Source of the DNA: Candidatus Woesebacteria bacterium RBG_13_46_13
GTDB lineage: Bacteria; Patescibacteriota; Microgenomatia; UBA8517
Reading direction: 5' to 3'
NCBI GenBank assembly: GCA_001791995.1
Contig: MGFR01000002.1
Span: 36,457-100,456 of the forward strand
DNA length: 64,000 nt
The notes below the pieces were generated by a model, which was not told where the DNA came from, ran no database searches, and saw only the letters and a program-made list of their open reading frames with translations. Positions 34,190-44,300 of the stretch are shown here, piece after piece (positions within the stretch are counted from its first letter, which is position 1; every line of letters begins with the position of its first letter). The position numbers and the translations under genes were made by a program.

Positions 34190-36161
34190 GTCACCGACAA
34201 AGGCGCAAACTCTTGCCCGGTTTTTGGGGAACGGCTATTCCGTCGAGGCCACCCGGGGACACGTCATGGATTTGCCGAAAAGCGAATTGGGGATAGATAC
34301 CGCCAAGGATTTCGCTCCGACTTATGTCCCCGTCGAGAAAAGCAAAGATGCGGTAGAGCTGATTAAAAAAGAAGCCAAAAAAGCCGAAAAAATATTTTTG
34401 GCTACAGACCCGGACCGGGAGGGAGAAGCAATTGCCGCCCATGTCAAAGAAATAGTGGGTAACTCCAAGACCGTCAGAATTGTATTCCACGAAATTACCA
34501 AAGACGCCGTTGAGGAGGCCATCGGGGCACCGAGGGACATCGACCATAACCTGGTTGATGCCCAGATTGCCCGCAGGGTACTGGACAGACTGGTCGGTTA
34601 TAAACTCTCACCGCTTTTGTGGAGAAAAGTCAGAAGGGGTCTTTCCGCGGGCAGGGTGCAGACGGTTGCCGTGAGGTTGATTGTTGAGAAAGAAAGGGAG
34701 ATAAAGAAGTTTAAATCCGAAGAGTATTGGGAAATAACAGTCGAGGTTAAAGGCAAAGGCGCCAAGCCTTTTGCTGTAAAGCTTGCCAAAATTGGCGACA
34801 AACCCGCTACGGTTAAAAACGCAGCCGAAGCCAAGACTATTGTCGCGGATTTGGACAAATCCAAATACAAAGTCGACGATATCGTCAAGAAAGAAGTTGT
34901 CAAAAATCCCTACGCGCCGTTTACGACTTCAACCATGACCCAGGCGGGGGCCAGAATCTTCGGCTGGTCGGCGAAAAGAACGATGTCCATTGCCCAACAT
35001 TTATACGAGCAGGGACTGATTACCTATCACCGAACGGACTCGGCCCACATTGCCGAGGGTGCGGTTAAAAAACTGCGCGACTATATCAAGAGCGAATACG
35101 GCGAGAACTACCTACCTCCAAGCCCCAGACTTTATAAAACCACATCCAAGGTTGCCCAAGAAGCGCATGAGGCCATCCGTCCGACAAATATTGGGGCTGA
35201 CTTCAAATCGAAATCCAAATATGCCAAGGACGAAGAAACCCTATATGGGCTTATCTGGAAAAGGTTCGTGGCCTGTCAAATGAGCTCGAGTGTCTATGAC
35301 GAAACCACGATTGATGTTGCGGCTAAAAAGAATGTTGGGAAAACCGCTGCAGATTATCTCTTAAGAACCACCGGTCAAACCATGAAATTCGACGGTTGGA
35401 GGAAAGTTCTTCCGGCAGGCAAAGTTGCGGAAGAAGATACAGTTGTTTTACCCGAGGTGGAAAAAGACGAAGCACTTCAATTGATTAAAGTGAACCCGCT
35501 GCAGAAGTTTACCGAGCCGCCGGCAAGATTCAACGAAGCATCACTAATCAAAACCCTCGAGAAGCTGGGTATCGGGCGGCCTTCTACTTATGCACCGATA
35601 ATCTCAACAATTCAAATCAGGAATTATGTCGAAAAGGACGAAGGCAAGTTTACCCCGACAACCATCGGAGTTGCGGTCAACGATTTTCTGATGGAACATT
35701 TTCCGGACGTATTCGATTATCAGTTTACCGCCGAGATGGAAGACAGTCTGGATAAGATAGCCGACGGAAAGGCCGAATGGACCGGACCGATAAAGAAATT
35801 CTGGAGCCCTTTTGCAAAAACTTTGGAAATTGTCGAGAAGGGGAGTAAAAGGGTAAAGATTGAAGTTGAAAAACTCGGTAAGAAATGCCCGAAATGCACG
35901 GAAGGGGAGCTCGTTATCAGAATCGGCAGATTCGGAAAGTTTATTTCCTGCTCCCGTTTTCCGGATTGCGATTATACCGAAAAATACATTGAGAAAGTCG
36001 GAATGAAATGTCCCAAATGTGAGAAAGGGGATGTAATTGTGAAGAAGACTTTTAAGGGAAAGAAGTTCTACGGCTGTTCCCGCTATCCGGATTGCGATTT
36101 TGCCAGCTGGAGAAATCCGAAACAGGAAAAGACACAAAATATAGCGGATAAATCCAATTAG
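34167..36161 (+). CDS. topA: DNA topoisomerase I
   Basis: LIIVESPTKAQTLARFLG (TOPRIM), the active-site region ...GLITYHRTDS..., and C-terminal C4 zinc ribbons (CPKCTEGELV...CSRFPDCDY; CPKCEKGDV...CSRYPDCDF). Confidence 0.9.
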   Translation: MMQLIIVESPTKAQTLARFLGNGYSVEATRGHVMDLPKSELGIDTAKDFAPTYVPVEKSKDAVELIKKEAKKAEKIFLATDPDREGEAIAAHVKEIVGNSKTVRIVFHEITKDAVEEAIGAPRDIDHNLVDAQIARRVLDRLVGYKLSPLLWRKVRRGLSAGRVQTVAVRLIVEKEREIKKFKSEEYWEITVEVKGKGAKPFAVKLAKIGDKPATVKNAAEAKTIVADLDKSKYKVDDIVKKEVVKNPYAPFTTSTMTQAGARIFGWSAKRTMSIAQHLYEQGLITYHRTDSAHIAEGAVKKLRDYIKSEYGENYLPPSPRLYKTTSKVAQEAHEAIRPTNIGADFKSKSKYAKDEETLYGLIWKRFVACQMSSSVYDETTIDVAAKKNVGKTAADYLLRTTGQTMKFDGWRKVLPAGKVAEEDTVVLPEVEKDEALQLIKVNPLQKFTEPPARFNEASLIKTLEKLGIGRPSTYAPIISTIQIRNYVEKDEGKFTPTTIGVAVNDFLMEHFPDVFDYQFTAEMEDSLDKIADGKAEWTGPIKKFWSPFAKTLEIVEKGSKRVKIEVEKLGKKCPKCTEGELVIRIGRFGKFISCSRFPDCDYTEKYIEKVGMKCPKCEKGDVIVKKTFKGKKFYGCSRYPDCDFASWRNPKQEKTQNIADKSN

Positions 36162-36214
36162 TTTGCGTATTGACAGACCCTCCTTCTACTTGATAAAACC
36201 ACAAAGACATTAGA

Positions 36215-37132
36215 ATGTTGGAAAGAGATGCTGGTTTAGAAAAATATTCGGTTGAGACCAGTGAAGGATATCTTCCGGTTGTTGATTCAGAAGTTTTTTT
36301 CTCTCAAAAAGGGACACCATACTTAAAACACCCCGGTTTGGCGCTACTATCAGTACCTCACGTTGATCTTCGCGGGCTTAAGGGTTTTTTAAAAGGATTT
36401 CCCCCTGAATACAAATTTATCGAGTATCTTGAAGATCCTACGCCGCTTCCTCCTGCCGAAAACCTTTGCAAGACGGCCGGACAACTTTGCTATATGAGTT
36501 TTGGTCCAAAAAGAAGCATGAATGCGGATGCTTGGAAATATTTTGACGGAGCGAAATCTTCCGGACACGGTTCGATATTGGAGCATGCGAATTTTAGTTT
36601 TCTGGTCTACGGGGCTTCGAGGGCATTTACACACGAGCTGGTTCGACACCGTGCGGGTGCGGGATATTCTCAGGTCAGCCAGAGATACGTATCGGGGGCG
36701 ACATTAAGGTTTGTGGAGGGGGAAGAGTATCAAGGGGACGGAGTACTTCATAAAATGTTTGAGGATTGGGTAGATAAAGCGGGTGAGGAGTATGAAGCCA
36801 GGATCCAAAGGCTGATAGAACTTCAACAGCAGGGAGGAGTGATATTAACGGGTGAGACCAAAACAGATTTGCGAAAAAAGGTACAACAGGCTGCAAGAAG
36901 TTGTCTTCCCAACGAGACCGAAGCCCCTATTGTTGTAACCGCCAACGTCAGGGCGTGGAGACACATCGTAAATATGAGGGCCAGTGAACATGCGGCGGTC
37001 GAGATAAGAAGGGTGGCTTTTGATATTTGGAGATGTTTGGTGACGGTTTCGCCTATTCTTTTCGGCGATTTCACGCCGGTTCATCTTCCCGACGGCACAC
37101 ACGCAATAACAACACCTTATCCGAAAGTCTAA
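36215..37132 (+). CDS. thyX: FAD-dependent thymidylate synthase ThyX
   Basis: ThyX signature RHR-x7-S in HELVRHRAGAGYSQVSQRY. Confidence 0.85.
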   Translation: MLERDAGLEKYSVETSEGYLPVVDSEVFFSQKGTPYLKHPGLALLSVPHVDLRGLKGFLKGFPPEYKFIEYLEDPTPLPPAENLCKTAGQLCYMSFGPKRSMNADAWKYFDGAKSSGHGSILEHANFSFLVYGASRAFTHELVRHRAGAGYSQVSQRYVSGATLRFVEGEEYQGDGVLHKMFEDWVDKAGEEYEARIQRLIELQQQGGVILTGETKTDLRKKVQQAARSCLPNETEAPIVVTANVRAWRHIVNMRASEHAAVEIRRVAFDIWRCLVTVSPILFGDFTPVHLPDGTHAITTPYPKV

Positions 37133-37134
37133 AA

Positions 37135-38001
37135 ATGAACAGCGAGAGATTACTCGGGAAAGATGGCTTGGATTCACCTGAACAGCCAAAAAGGAATCTC
37201 TGGATCGTAGTAATGGGAGTACCCGCTTCCGGAAAAAGTACCCTCGCTGAAGTTGTGAGCGATAGGCTGGGTTTTACCCACGTTCCCGAACTGAAAGTGG
37301 AGGACGAGGCCCTCTTTACCAGATACTATGAAGATCCCCAAAGGTACTCCTTTGCTATGCAAAGTATTTTCCTTTTTAACAAGTGGCAACAAACACACGG
37401 AAGTGCTGCGGTAGGCGTTCCGGGGATCAAAGAGCTGCTGGCCCAGGGGCCGGTAATTTCTCAACCCCCAATCTGGCAAGATGCCTTGTATGCCCGCGCA
37501 AGAATGGGGAGGAACTCCGAATACAGGTACTACGAGGAATTCTATAAAGGCCTAGTCTCTGTTGACACTTTTCCCGTACCGGATTTGGTGATTTATATGA
37601 GAATCAGCCTTGCCAACACCCTCTTAAGAATTCAGAAGAGGGCAGAGAAAGAGCCGGGGAGGGCTGTTGAGTTAAACGAGAAATCCTCCTATTGGAAGAA
37701 ACTTTGGAAATTCCACGAAATATGGGTCGCAAGAAACCTCGGTAAAATGAAAATAGCCGTAATTAACGGGGACCGATTCAATTTTTGGGCGTTCGAAAAC
37801 GATGAAGTAGCCAAAGAAGCCCTGCTTCAGGAATTTCTTCACCTTGCCAGATATCACCTGGTGGGCCCTCTGGGGGGTCCATCCAACCCGGCCAAAGACT
37901 TGCTTATCCCGGAAGCGATATTAAAACACAGACCTCCGGTTAGGAGTTACGACATTACTCCAGGTTTAAGTACGGACCAGAAGGCTTTACAAAGAAGATG
38001 A
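37135..38001 (+). CDS. Deoxynucleoside kinase (dNK/dCK-dGK family)
   Basis: Walker A MGVPASGKSTLAE. ...FAMQSIFLFNKWQQ... is typical of deoxynucleoside kinases. The track ORF starts at 37027 inside thyX; the ATG at 37135 right after the thyX stop is preferred. Confidence 0.65.
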   Translation: MNSERLLGKDGLDSPEQPKRNLWIVVMGVPASGKSTLAEVVSDRLGFTHVPELKVEDEALFTRYYEDPQRYSFAMQSIFLFNKWQQTHGSAAVGVPGIKELLAQGPVISQPPIWQDALYARARMGRNSEYRYYEEFYKGLVSVDTFPVPDLVIYMRISLANTLLRIQKRAEKEPGRAVELNEKSSYWKKLWKFHEIWVARNLGKMKIAVINGDRFNFWAFENDEVAKEALLQEFLHLARYHLVGPLGGPSNPAKDLLIPEAILKHRPPVRSYDITPGLSTDQKALQRR

Positions 38002-38678
38002 GAAGCGGATATTTTATTACGCTTGAAGGAGGGGAAGGTTCGGGTAAATCCTCGGTAGGAGAGGTTCTCTATCTGTATTTGCAAAAGCTGGGACTCCCCG
38101 TCAGATTCTTGCGGGAGCCCGGAGGAACAGAGGTGGGGGAAAAGATTAGGGATATCTTAAAAGACAAAAGCTTGAGCAGTATGAGTATTAAGACGGAGCT
38201 TTTACTTTTTGAAGCGGCCCGTGCACAGATAGTCGAGGAAATAATCAGGCCCGGATTGGTAGAGGGCAAGATAATGATTTTGGACCGGTATGGGGATTCG
38301 AGTGTCGCCTATCAGGGTTTCGCCCGGGATCTGGGAACGGCTTGGGTTAAGGGGCTTAACCACTGGACTACCGATAATCTTCAGCCCGATTTAACGCTCC
38401 TTTTCGATATTGACCCGGAGATAGCCCTAACGCGGAAAAAACAGAGGGAAAACGACAGACTTGATTCCCTGGAGTTGGAATTCCACAGAAAAGTAAGGAT
38501 AGGATACCTAGATCTATCCAGGGCCGAAACTAGTGAGGGGAGACGCAGGTGGTGTATTGTCGACGCTTCACAACCGTTGGAGGAGGTTACGGGCGTAACC
38601 TTAAGCGTCGTTCGGGAAAAGCTGATTGTCGCAGGCTTTATCGAAGCTCCAAACATTCGCAAAGAGGCACGGGGTTAA
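37998..38678 (+). CDS. tmk: Thymidylate kinase
   Basis: YFITLEGGEGSGKSS (P-loop), REPGGT, the DRY motif in ILDRYGDSSVAYQG. Confidence 0.9.
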   Translation: MRSGYFITLEGGEGSGKSSVGEVLYLYLQKLGLPVRFLREPGGTEVGEKIRDILKDKSLSSMSIKTELLLFEAARAQIVEEIIRPGLVEGKIMILDRYGDSSVAYQGFARDLGTAWVKGLNHWTTDNLQPDLTLLFDIDPEIALTRKKQRENDRLDSLELEFHRKVRIGYLDLSRAETSEGRRRWCIVDASQPLEEVTGVTLSVVREKLIVAGFIEAPNIRKEARG

Positions 38679-38697
38679 GCTATAATACCCCCATCTT

Positions 38698-39591
38698 ATG
38701 CAAAAGCTAATCGAGTGCGTGCCGAATTTTTCCGAGGGCAGGCGGGTGGCCGTTATCCAAAAAATCGCCTCCGCTGCCAGGAAAATTCGTGGAGTGGAGG
38801 TTTTGGACGTTGAATGGGACAGATCCCATAACCGTTCCCTGATAACCATTGTCGGTGCTCCCGAACCGGTATTTAGGGCGGTCTTTGCGACCATTAAAAC
38901 CGCAACTGCCCTTATCGATATGAAGAAACACAAAGGGGAACATCCCAGAATCGGGGCAACGGATGTAGTCCCTTTTGTTCCGGTTGCGGGGACAACCCTT
39001 AAGGAGTGCGTGGCTCTGGCCAATAAACTGGGCAGGAAGATTGCCAAGGAGCTTAAAATACCGGTTTACTTATACGAATCAGCAGCCAGAAAGAAGACCA
39101 GGGTTAACCTCGCGGATGTCAGGGAGGGGGAATACGAGGGTTTACTTACGGAAATTAGGACCAATCCCGAAAGAATTCCCGATTATGGACCTGCCAAACT
39201 TCATCCTACGGCCGGGGCGGTTGTTGTTGGAGCCAGAAAATATCTGGTGGCCTTTAACGTAAATCTGGATACACACGACATCGCCATTGCCAAAAAAATC
39301 GCCTCCCGCATCCGGGAGAAAAACGGAGGACTTCCCAAAGTAAAAGCGTTAGGATTTAAGGTGGAAGGGTATGCACAAATTTCCATGAATTTGGTGGATT
39401 TCGAAAAAACCAATTTCGACGAGGCCTATAGAGCCATCGAAAAAGAAGCCAGGAAATTCAAAGTGGGAATAAAAAGTTCGGAAATCTACGGAATGGTTCC
39501 GCTTGCCTCGGTGGTTAAAGCGATAGCCGCCACATTCAAAACCAAGAATTTTCAGGCAGATCAGGTGTTGGAAAAACGATTATATGAATAA
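38698..39591 (+). CDS. ftcD: Glutamate formimidoyltransferase (FtcD N-terminal, transferase module)
   Basis: LIECVPNFSEGRR... is the conserved start of formiminotransferase domains. Length about 300 aa. Confidence 0.8.
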   Translation: MQKLIECVPNFSEGRRVAVIQKIASAARKIRGVEVLDVEWDRSHNRSLITIVGAPEPVFRAVFATIKTATALIDMKKHKGEHPRIGATDVVPFVPVAGTTLKECVALANKLGRKIAKELKIPVYLYESAARKKTRVNLADVREGEYEGLLTEIRTNPERIPDYGPAKLHPTAGAVVVGARKYLVAFNVNLDTHDIAIAKKIASRIREKNGGLPKVKALGFKVEGYAQISMNLVDFEKTNFDEAYRAIEKEARKFKVGIKSSEIYGMVPLASVVKAIAATFKTKNFQADQVLEKRLYE

Positions 39592-40093
39592 AATAAAAAA
39601 TCAGAAAATAGAACAATTTCTGGATGATCTCTCCTCTTCTTCCGCGACCCCAGGAGGAGGTGCGACTGCGGCACTTACAGCTGCGATGGCAGCATCTCTG
39701 GTCGAAATGGTTGCGGGTTTGACCTTGGGAAAGACGGGATACGAAAAAAATCAAAAAGAGATAAGGACTATAAAAACTAAAGCGGCCAAAGCGGGAAAGA
39801 TTCTTGTTGTTCTGGCGGATGAAGATGTTACCGCATATAACAGTGTAGTTGCCGGGTACGGGGCCAAGGATAAAAAGAGAATAAAAACGGCTCTGATGAG
39901 AGCCACCGATGTTCCTTCAGATGTCATAAAACTTGCCAACCAAGTTGAGAAAATGGCAGCCAGAATGGTTGTAATCGGAAACAAAAATGCGGTCTCAGAT
40001 GCGAAATCGGCGCTTTTTCTTTCCCAGTCTGCAGCCAAATCGGCCTTGGAAAACGTCAAGATAAATAAGCGCGCACTTGCGGGGATTAAATAG
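39584..40093 (+). CDS. Formiminotetrahydrofolate cyclodeaminase (FtcD C-terminal, separate gene)
   Basis: FLDDLSSSSATPGGGATAALTAAMAASLVEMVAGLT... is the cyclodeaminase/cyclohydrolase family signature. Overlaps the ftcD stop by 8 nt. Confidence 0.75.
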   Translation: MNKIKNQKIEQFLDDLSSSSATPGGGATAALTAAMAASLVEMVAGLTLGKTGYEKNQKEIRTIKTKAAKAGKILVVLADEDVTAYNSVVAGYGAKDKKRIKTALMRATDVPSDVIKLANQVEKMAARMVVIGNKNAVSDAKSALFLSQSAAKSALENVKINKRALAGIK

Positions 40094-40177
40094 CTTTGCT
40101 ACAATACCCCTGACACACATCAGTCACGTCTCCTGGATTCTTCCGACTGATGGCGGGCAAAGGAGACAGAAAAATTC

Positions 40178-40888
40178 ATGACAAGTAAAATTTCGTTGGA
40201 AAAACTTCTTGAGGCAGGGGCCCATTTCGGGCACCAAGCCAGGCGTTGGAATCCCAAAATGTCTTCCTACCTTTACGGGGTTGAGGAGGGAATCCATATT
40301 TTCGATTTACCGAAGACCAAGATTGCTCTTGAGGAGGCTCTCGAAGTATTGACCAAAGCCTCCGCCGAGGGCAAGGTCATTCTGCTTCTGGGTACCAAAA
40401 AGCAGGTTAAGGACAAGATAATCGAGGTTGGTAAAGAGACGGGATGTCCCTATGTTTCTGAGCGTTGGCTCGGGGGAACGCTGAGCAATTTCGAGCAGAT
40501 CAAAAGGACGATAGATAAGCTGGCCGACATGAAGGTCAAGATGGCTGCCGGAGATTATGCCAAATTTACCAAGAAGGAAAGGCTGCTTATCGAACGGGAT
40601 ATCGCCAGGATGGATCGGTTTTTGGGAGGGATTACGCAGTTGGAAAAATTACCCGACATCCTTTTTATCGTGGATACCCACAAGGAAAAGGGAGCTGTCA
40701 GAGAAGCCACCAAGGCCAAGATCGGAACCGTGGGTATTGTCGATACCAATGCCGATCCGACCCTCATCGATTATCCCATACCCATGAACGATGACGCTTC
40801 AAAAGCCCTTGACTATGTTATGGATCTGGTTAAAGATGCAATTATTGCGGGTCAAAAAAAGATCAAGCCGGTCAAGGAGGCAAAATGA
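40178..40888 (+). CDS. rpsB: 30S ribosomal protein S2
   Basis: LLEAGAHFGHQARRWNPKM. Confidence 0.9.
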   Translation: MTSKISLEKLLEAGAHFGHQARRWNPKMSSYLYGVEEGIHIFDLPKTKIALEEALEVLTKASAEGKVILLLGTKKQVKDKIIEVGKETGCPYVSERWLGGTLSNFEQIKRTIDKLADMKVKMAAGDYAKFTKKERLLIERDIARMDRFLGGITQLEKLPDILFIVDTHKEKGAVREATKAKIGTVGIVDTNADPTLIDYPIPMNDDASKALDYVMDLVKDAIIAGQKKIKPVKEAK

Positions 40889-41346
40889 AAATAGACATTG
40901 ACGCCATCAGGAAATTAAGAGAGGAAACCGGAGCACCCGTTATCAGGGTTAAAAAGGTATTGGAGGAGGTTGGGGGAGATACAAAGAAGGCATTTACTAT
41001 CTTGAGGGAAGAGGGCTTCGAGAAAGCCTCCAAAAGGGAGGACAGGGAAACCTCGCAGGGGGTAGTTGAGTCCTATGTCCACCATTCCGGAAAAGTGGCC
41101 TCGGTTGTAGAGCTTTTTTGCGAGACCGACTTTGTTGCCAGAAACGAGCTTTTCCGCGAGCTGGCCCACAATCTGGCTCTTCAGGTTGCCTCGATGGAGG
41201 CCAAAGACGCCAAAGAACTTTCTGAGCAGGAATTTATCAAGGATCCTTCCAAAAAGGTTGGGGATTTGGTAAAAGAAGTTATTGCCAAAACCGGAGAAAA
41301 TATTCGCATCGGCAGAATATTTAAGATAGAATTGGGAAAAGAATAG
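40885..41346 (+). CDS. tsf: Elongation factor Ts (short form)
   Basis: IRKLREETGAPVIRVKKVLEEVGGDTKKAFTILRE is the UBA-like N-terminus. rpsB-tsf order. Confidence 0.85.
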   Translation: MKIDIDAIRKLREETGAPVIRVKKVLEEVGGDTKKAFTILREEGFEKASKREDRETSQGVVESYVHHSGKVASVVELFCETDFVARNELFRELAHNLALQVASMEAKDAKELSEQEFIKDPSKKVGDLVKEVIAKTGENIRIGRIFKIELGKE

Positions 41347-41352
41347 TTCTTA

Positions 41353-41907
41353 ATGGACGAGTCTTCAATTCGCTCGCGAATGAAACAGGTTGTGGAGCTT
41401 ATGGCCTCCGACATCGCCGGGCTCAGAACAGGCCGCGCCACCCCGGCTCTAGTTGAGGGGTTGACCCTTGCCGTCTACGGCGGAACCCAAAAACTCAAGG
41501 TTCAGGAGCTGGGAACAATCAGCGCACCGGATACGCAAACTTTGGTTATTGATCCTTGGGACAAGAGTGTAATCGGAGAGATCCGTCAGGGAATAGCTGC
41601 GGCGAACATTGGCATGAACCCGATGATTGACGGAGAGATAATTAGGATTAGTTTCCCCCCTTTAACGACCGAGGACAGGGAAGCCTACACCAAACTTCTT
41701 TCCACCAAGCTCGAAAACGGACGGATTATGGTGAGGCAAATCCGGGGAGAAGGGATGCACGATATCAAGCAGAAGTTTGAGGAAAAGACCTTAACCGAGG
41801 ATGAAAAATTTGCCCAGGAAAAACTGCTCCAGGAAATTACGGACGAGAATATAAAAATAATCGACGAGATGGGCGAGAAAAAGAAACAAGAGCTTCTTTC
41901 GCTCTGA
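41353..41907 (+). CDS. frr: Ribosome recycling factor
   Basis: MKQVVELMASDIAGLRTGRATPALVEGLTLAVYG... Confidence 0.9.
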   Translation: MDESSIRSRMKQVVELMASDIAGLRTGRATPALVEGLTLAVYGGTQKLKVQELGTISAPDTQTLVIDPWDKSVIGEIRQGIAAANIGMNPMIDGEIIRISFPPLTTEDREAYTKLLSTKLENGRIMVRQIRGEGMHDIKQKFEEKTLTEDEKFAQEKLLQEITDENIKIIDEMGEKKKQELLSL

Positions 41908-41922
41908 TATACTAATCTTTGC

Positions 41923-43026
41923 ATGATAATCTCGATTCTGGTTTTCTTGGCCGTTCTTTCCATTTTGGTCATGGTCCACGAGCTGGGCCATTTTATTGTG
42001 GCCCGCCGCTCCGGTGTCTGGGTTGAGGAATTCGGATTTGGCATTCCCCCCCGGCTTTTCGGCAAAAAAATCGGCGAAACGATATATTCTATTAATGCGC
42101 TTCCTTTCGGGGGATTTGTCAGACTTCACGGCGAGTCAAGCGAAGAAGGGATAATCCACCCCAGAAGGGCATTTCTGAATAAAAGCAAAAAGGTCAGGAC
42201 GGGGATTGTGGTTGCGGGGGTGATTATGAATTTTCTTCTGGCGGTTGTGGCTTTCGCCGTTGTTTATTCGTTCTTGGGAATTCCCAAAGAAACCAATAAT
42301 GTAAAAATCGTCGAAGTGGACCCGGGATCTCCGGCCCAGACAGCGGGGATACTGGTCGGGGATATCGTCAAAACGATTGACAAAAAAGAGGTCGCCTCAA
42401 ACGATTCCTTTGTGAACCTTATCGAGGAGAAAAAAGGCAAAAAGGTGACTCTTGAAATAGAAAGAGAAGGGACCCCTTTGAAGAAGATAACCATCACTCC
42501 GCGGGAGAGCCCCCCCGAGAACGAAGGTCCGTTGGGGGTGGTAATTACGACAACCGAATTATATTACCCTCCCGTCTGGCAAAGACCTTTTGTCGGAGTC
42601 TATTACGGATTTAAGGAAGCTCTGATCTGGGGAAAGATTGTCATCGACGGCTTTGTAAAAGTGTTTAGAGACCTGGCATCAGGTGTGGGACCCAAAGAAA
42701 TCTCCGGCCCGGTAGGCATTTTTGCAATCACCACCCAGGCCGCCAAAGGCGGAATCCTCCAGCTTATCAGTTTCGTGGGGATCCTTTCGGTCAATCTGGC
42801 GATACTTAATATTCTGCCTTTCCCGGCCCTCGACGGAGGCAGGCTGGCCTTTATCGCCATTGAATCCGTGATCGGCAAAAAGGTGCTGCCGAAAGTTGAG
42901 GCGGTAGTCCATACCGTGGGGATGATTATTCTTATTATCCTGCTTTTGGCCGTTACCGCACGGGATATCCAAAAGCTGATTGCGGCCGGATCCATTTCTA
43001 AGTTTGTAGAATCGGTGATAAAATGA
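41923..43026 (+). CDS. rseP: RIP metalloprotease RseP (M50 with PDZ domain)
   Basis: VHELGHFIVAR is HExxH in TM1. PDZ segment GSPAQTAGILVGDIVKTID. C-terminal ...LNILPFPALDGG... Confidence 0.85.
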   Translation: MIISILVFLAVLSILVMVHELGHFIVARRSGVWVEEFGFGIPPRLFGKKIGETIYSINALPFGGFVRLHGESSEEGIIHPRRAFLNKSKKVRTGIVVAGVIMNFLLAVVAFAVVYSFLGIPKETNNVKIVEVDPGSPAQTAGILVGDIVKTIDKKEVASNDSFVNLIEEKKGKKVTLEIEREGTPLKKITITPRESPPENEGPLGVVITTTELYYPPVWQRPFVGVYYGFKEALIWGKIVIDGFVKVFRDLASGVGPKEISGPVGIFAITTQAAKGGILQLISFVGILSVNLAILNILPFPALDGGRLAFIAIESVIGKKVLPKVEAVVHTVGMIILIILLLAVTARDIQKLIAAGSISKFVESVIK

Positions 43027-43063
43027 GCCGAGCCTGAATATTCGGGAATCTTAATGTAAATCA

Positions 43064-44287
43064 ATGTTGCAATCACAATTATTCCCCAAGACCTTAAGAG
43101 AAGCCCCCAAAGAAGCGGAGAGTGTTAACCATAAACTTCTGGTCAGGGCAGGCTTTATCGACCAGTTGATGGCAGGTTCCTGGACGCTATTACCGTTGGG
43201 TTATCGGGTTGTTGCCAAAATCATTCAGGTTGTTCGGGAGGAAATGAATGCCGTCGGTGGGCAGGAAATGCTCATGCCTCTTTTGCATCCGAAGAATATT
43301 TGGAACGAAACCGGCAGGTGGGATAAGGCCAAGGAGGTTATGTATCAGTTTATGGACGCCAGGGGCAAGGAATTCGCCCTTTCTTTTACCCACGAAGAGA
43401 TAGTCATGGACCTTTTAAGGAAAAATATCAAAAGCTACGCCGACCTTCCCGTTGCCGTTTATCATTTCTCCACCAAATTCAGAAATGAACCGCGGGCCCG
43501 CTCGGGAATTCTCAGGGGCAGGGAGTTTTTGATGAAGGATCTTTATTCCGCCCACGTTTCCGAGGCCGACATGCTTAGCTATTACGAGAAAGTGAAAGAC
43601 GCCTACAAGAAAATATTCACCAGATTAGGTTTTGACTTTAGGGTGATAGAGACAGGCGGCGGAGTTTTTACCGACAGAAGGACCCACGAGTTTCAAGTAT
43701 TGGCAAAAGGAGGAGAGGATACCATCTTTTACTGCGACAGCTGCGATTGGGGAGAGAACAAAGAAATATTTGGCGGAAAGGCGGGGGAGGCTTGTCCTTC
43801 TTGCAAGAAAGGTAAAGTGCTGACCTCGAGTGCCATCGAGGTTGGTAATATTTTTCCTCTGGGGACCTGGTATGCGGAGAGAATGAGAGTCTACTATGCG
43901 GACGAAAAGGGAATGAAAAAACCCGTCTGGTTTGCCAGCTACGGGATAGGTCCGACCAGAACCATGGGAGCATGGGTCGAGGTCTCCCACGACGAGAAGG
44001 GAATAATCTGGAATAAGACCCTGGCCCCATTCGCAGTTCATTTGATTGAACTACCCGGAGCTAAGAACGCAAAGAAAGTTTATGAAGATCTTCAAAAGGC
44101 GGGGATAGAGGTTCTTTGGGACGACAGAGAGGTCGGAGCAGGAGAAAAATTTGCCGACGCGGATTTGATCGGAATTCCGGTCAGGACAGTTGTTTCTGAC
44201 AAAACGGGAGACAAAATCGAGCTCAAAAAGAGGGATGGTGACAAGACCGAGCTTGTCACATTTGAAGAACTGACCAAAAGGTTGTAA
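43064..44287 (+). CDS. proS: Prolyl-tRNA synthetase (compact form without editing insertion)
   Basis: MLQSQLFPKTLREAPKEAESVNHKLLVRAGFIDQL... is a class II aaRS. C-terminal zinc motif CDSCD...CPSCKKG. Confidence 0.85.
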   Translation: MLQSQLFPKTLREAPKEAESVNHKLLVRAGFIDQLMAGSWTLLPLGYRVVAKIIQVVREEMNAVGGQEMLMPLLHPKNIWNETGRWDKAKEVMYQFMDARGKEFALSFTHEEIVMDLLRKNIKSYADLPVAVYHFSTKFRNEPRARSGILRGREFLMKDLYSAHVSEADMLSYYEKVKDAYKKIFTRLGFDFRVIETGGGVFTDRRTHEFQVLAKGGEDTIFYCDSCDWGENKEIFGGKAGEACPSCKKGKVLTSSAIEVGNIFPLGTWYAERMRVYYADEKGMKKPVWFASYGIGPTRTMGAWVEVSHDEKGIIWNKTLAPFAVHLIELPGAKNAKKVYEDLQKAGIEVLWDDREVGAGEKFADADLIGIPVRTVVSDKTGDKIELKKRDGDKTELVTFEELTKRL

Positions 44288-44300
44288 TATCGAGCCTCTG

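Noticed and set aside
35604-36137. 177 aa antisense ORF inside the topA zinc-finger region
   Set aside because: Overlaps a confidently assigned gene. No motifs.
38601-39047. 148 aa antisense ORF spanning the tmk/ftcD junction
   Set aside because: Antisense to two well-supported genes.
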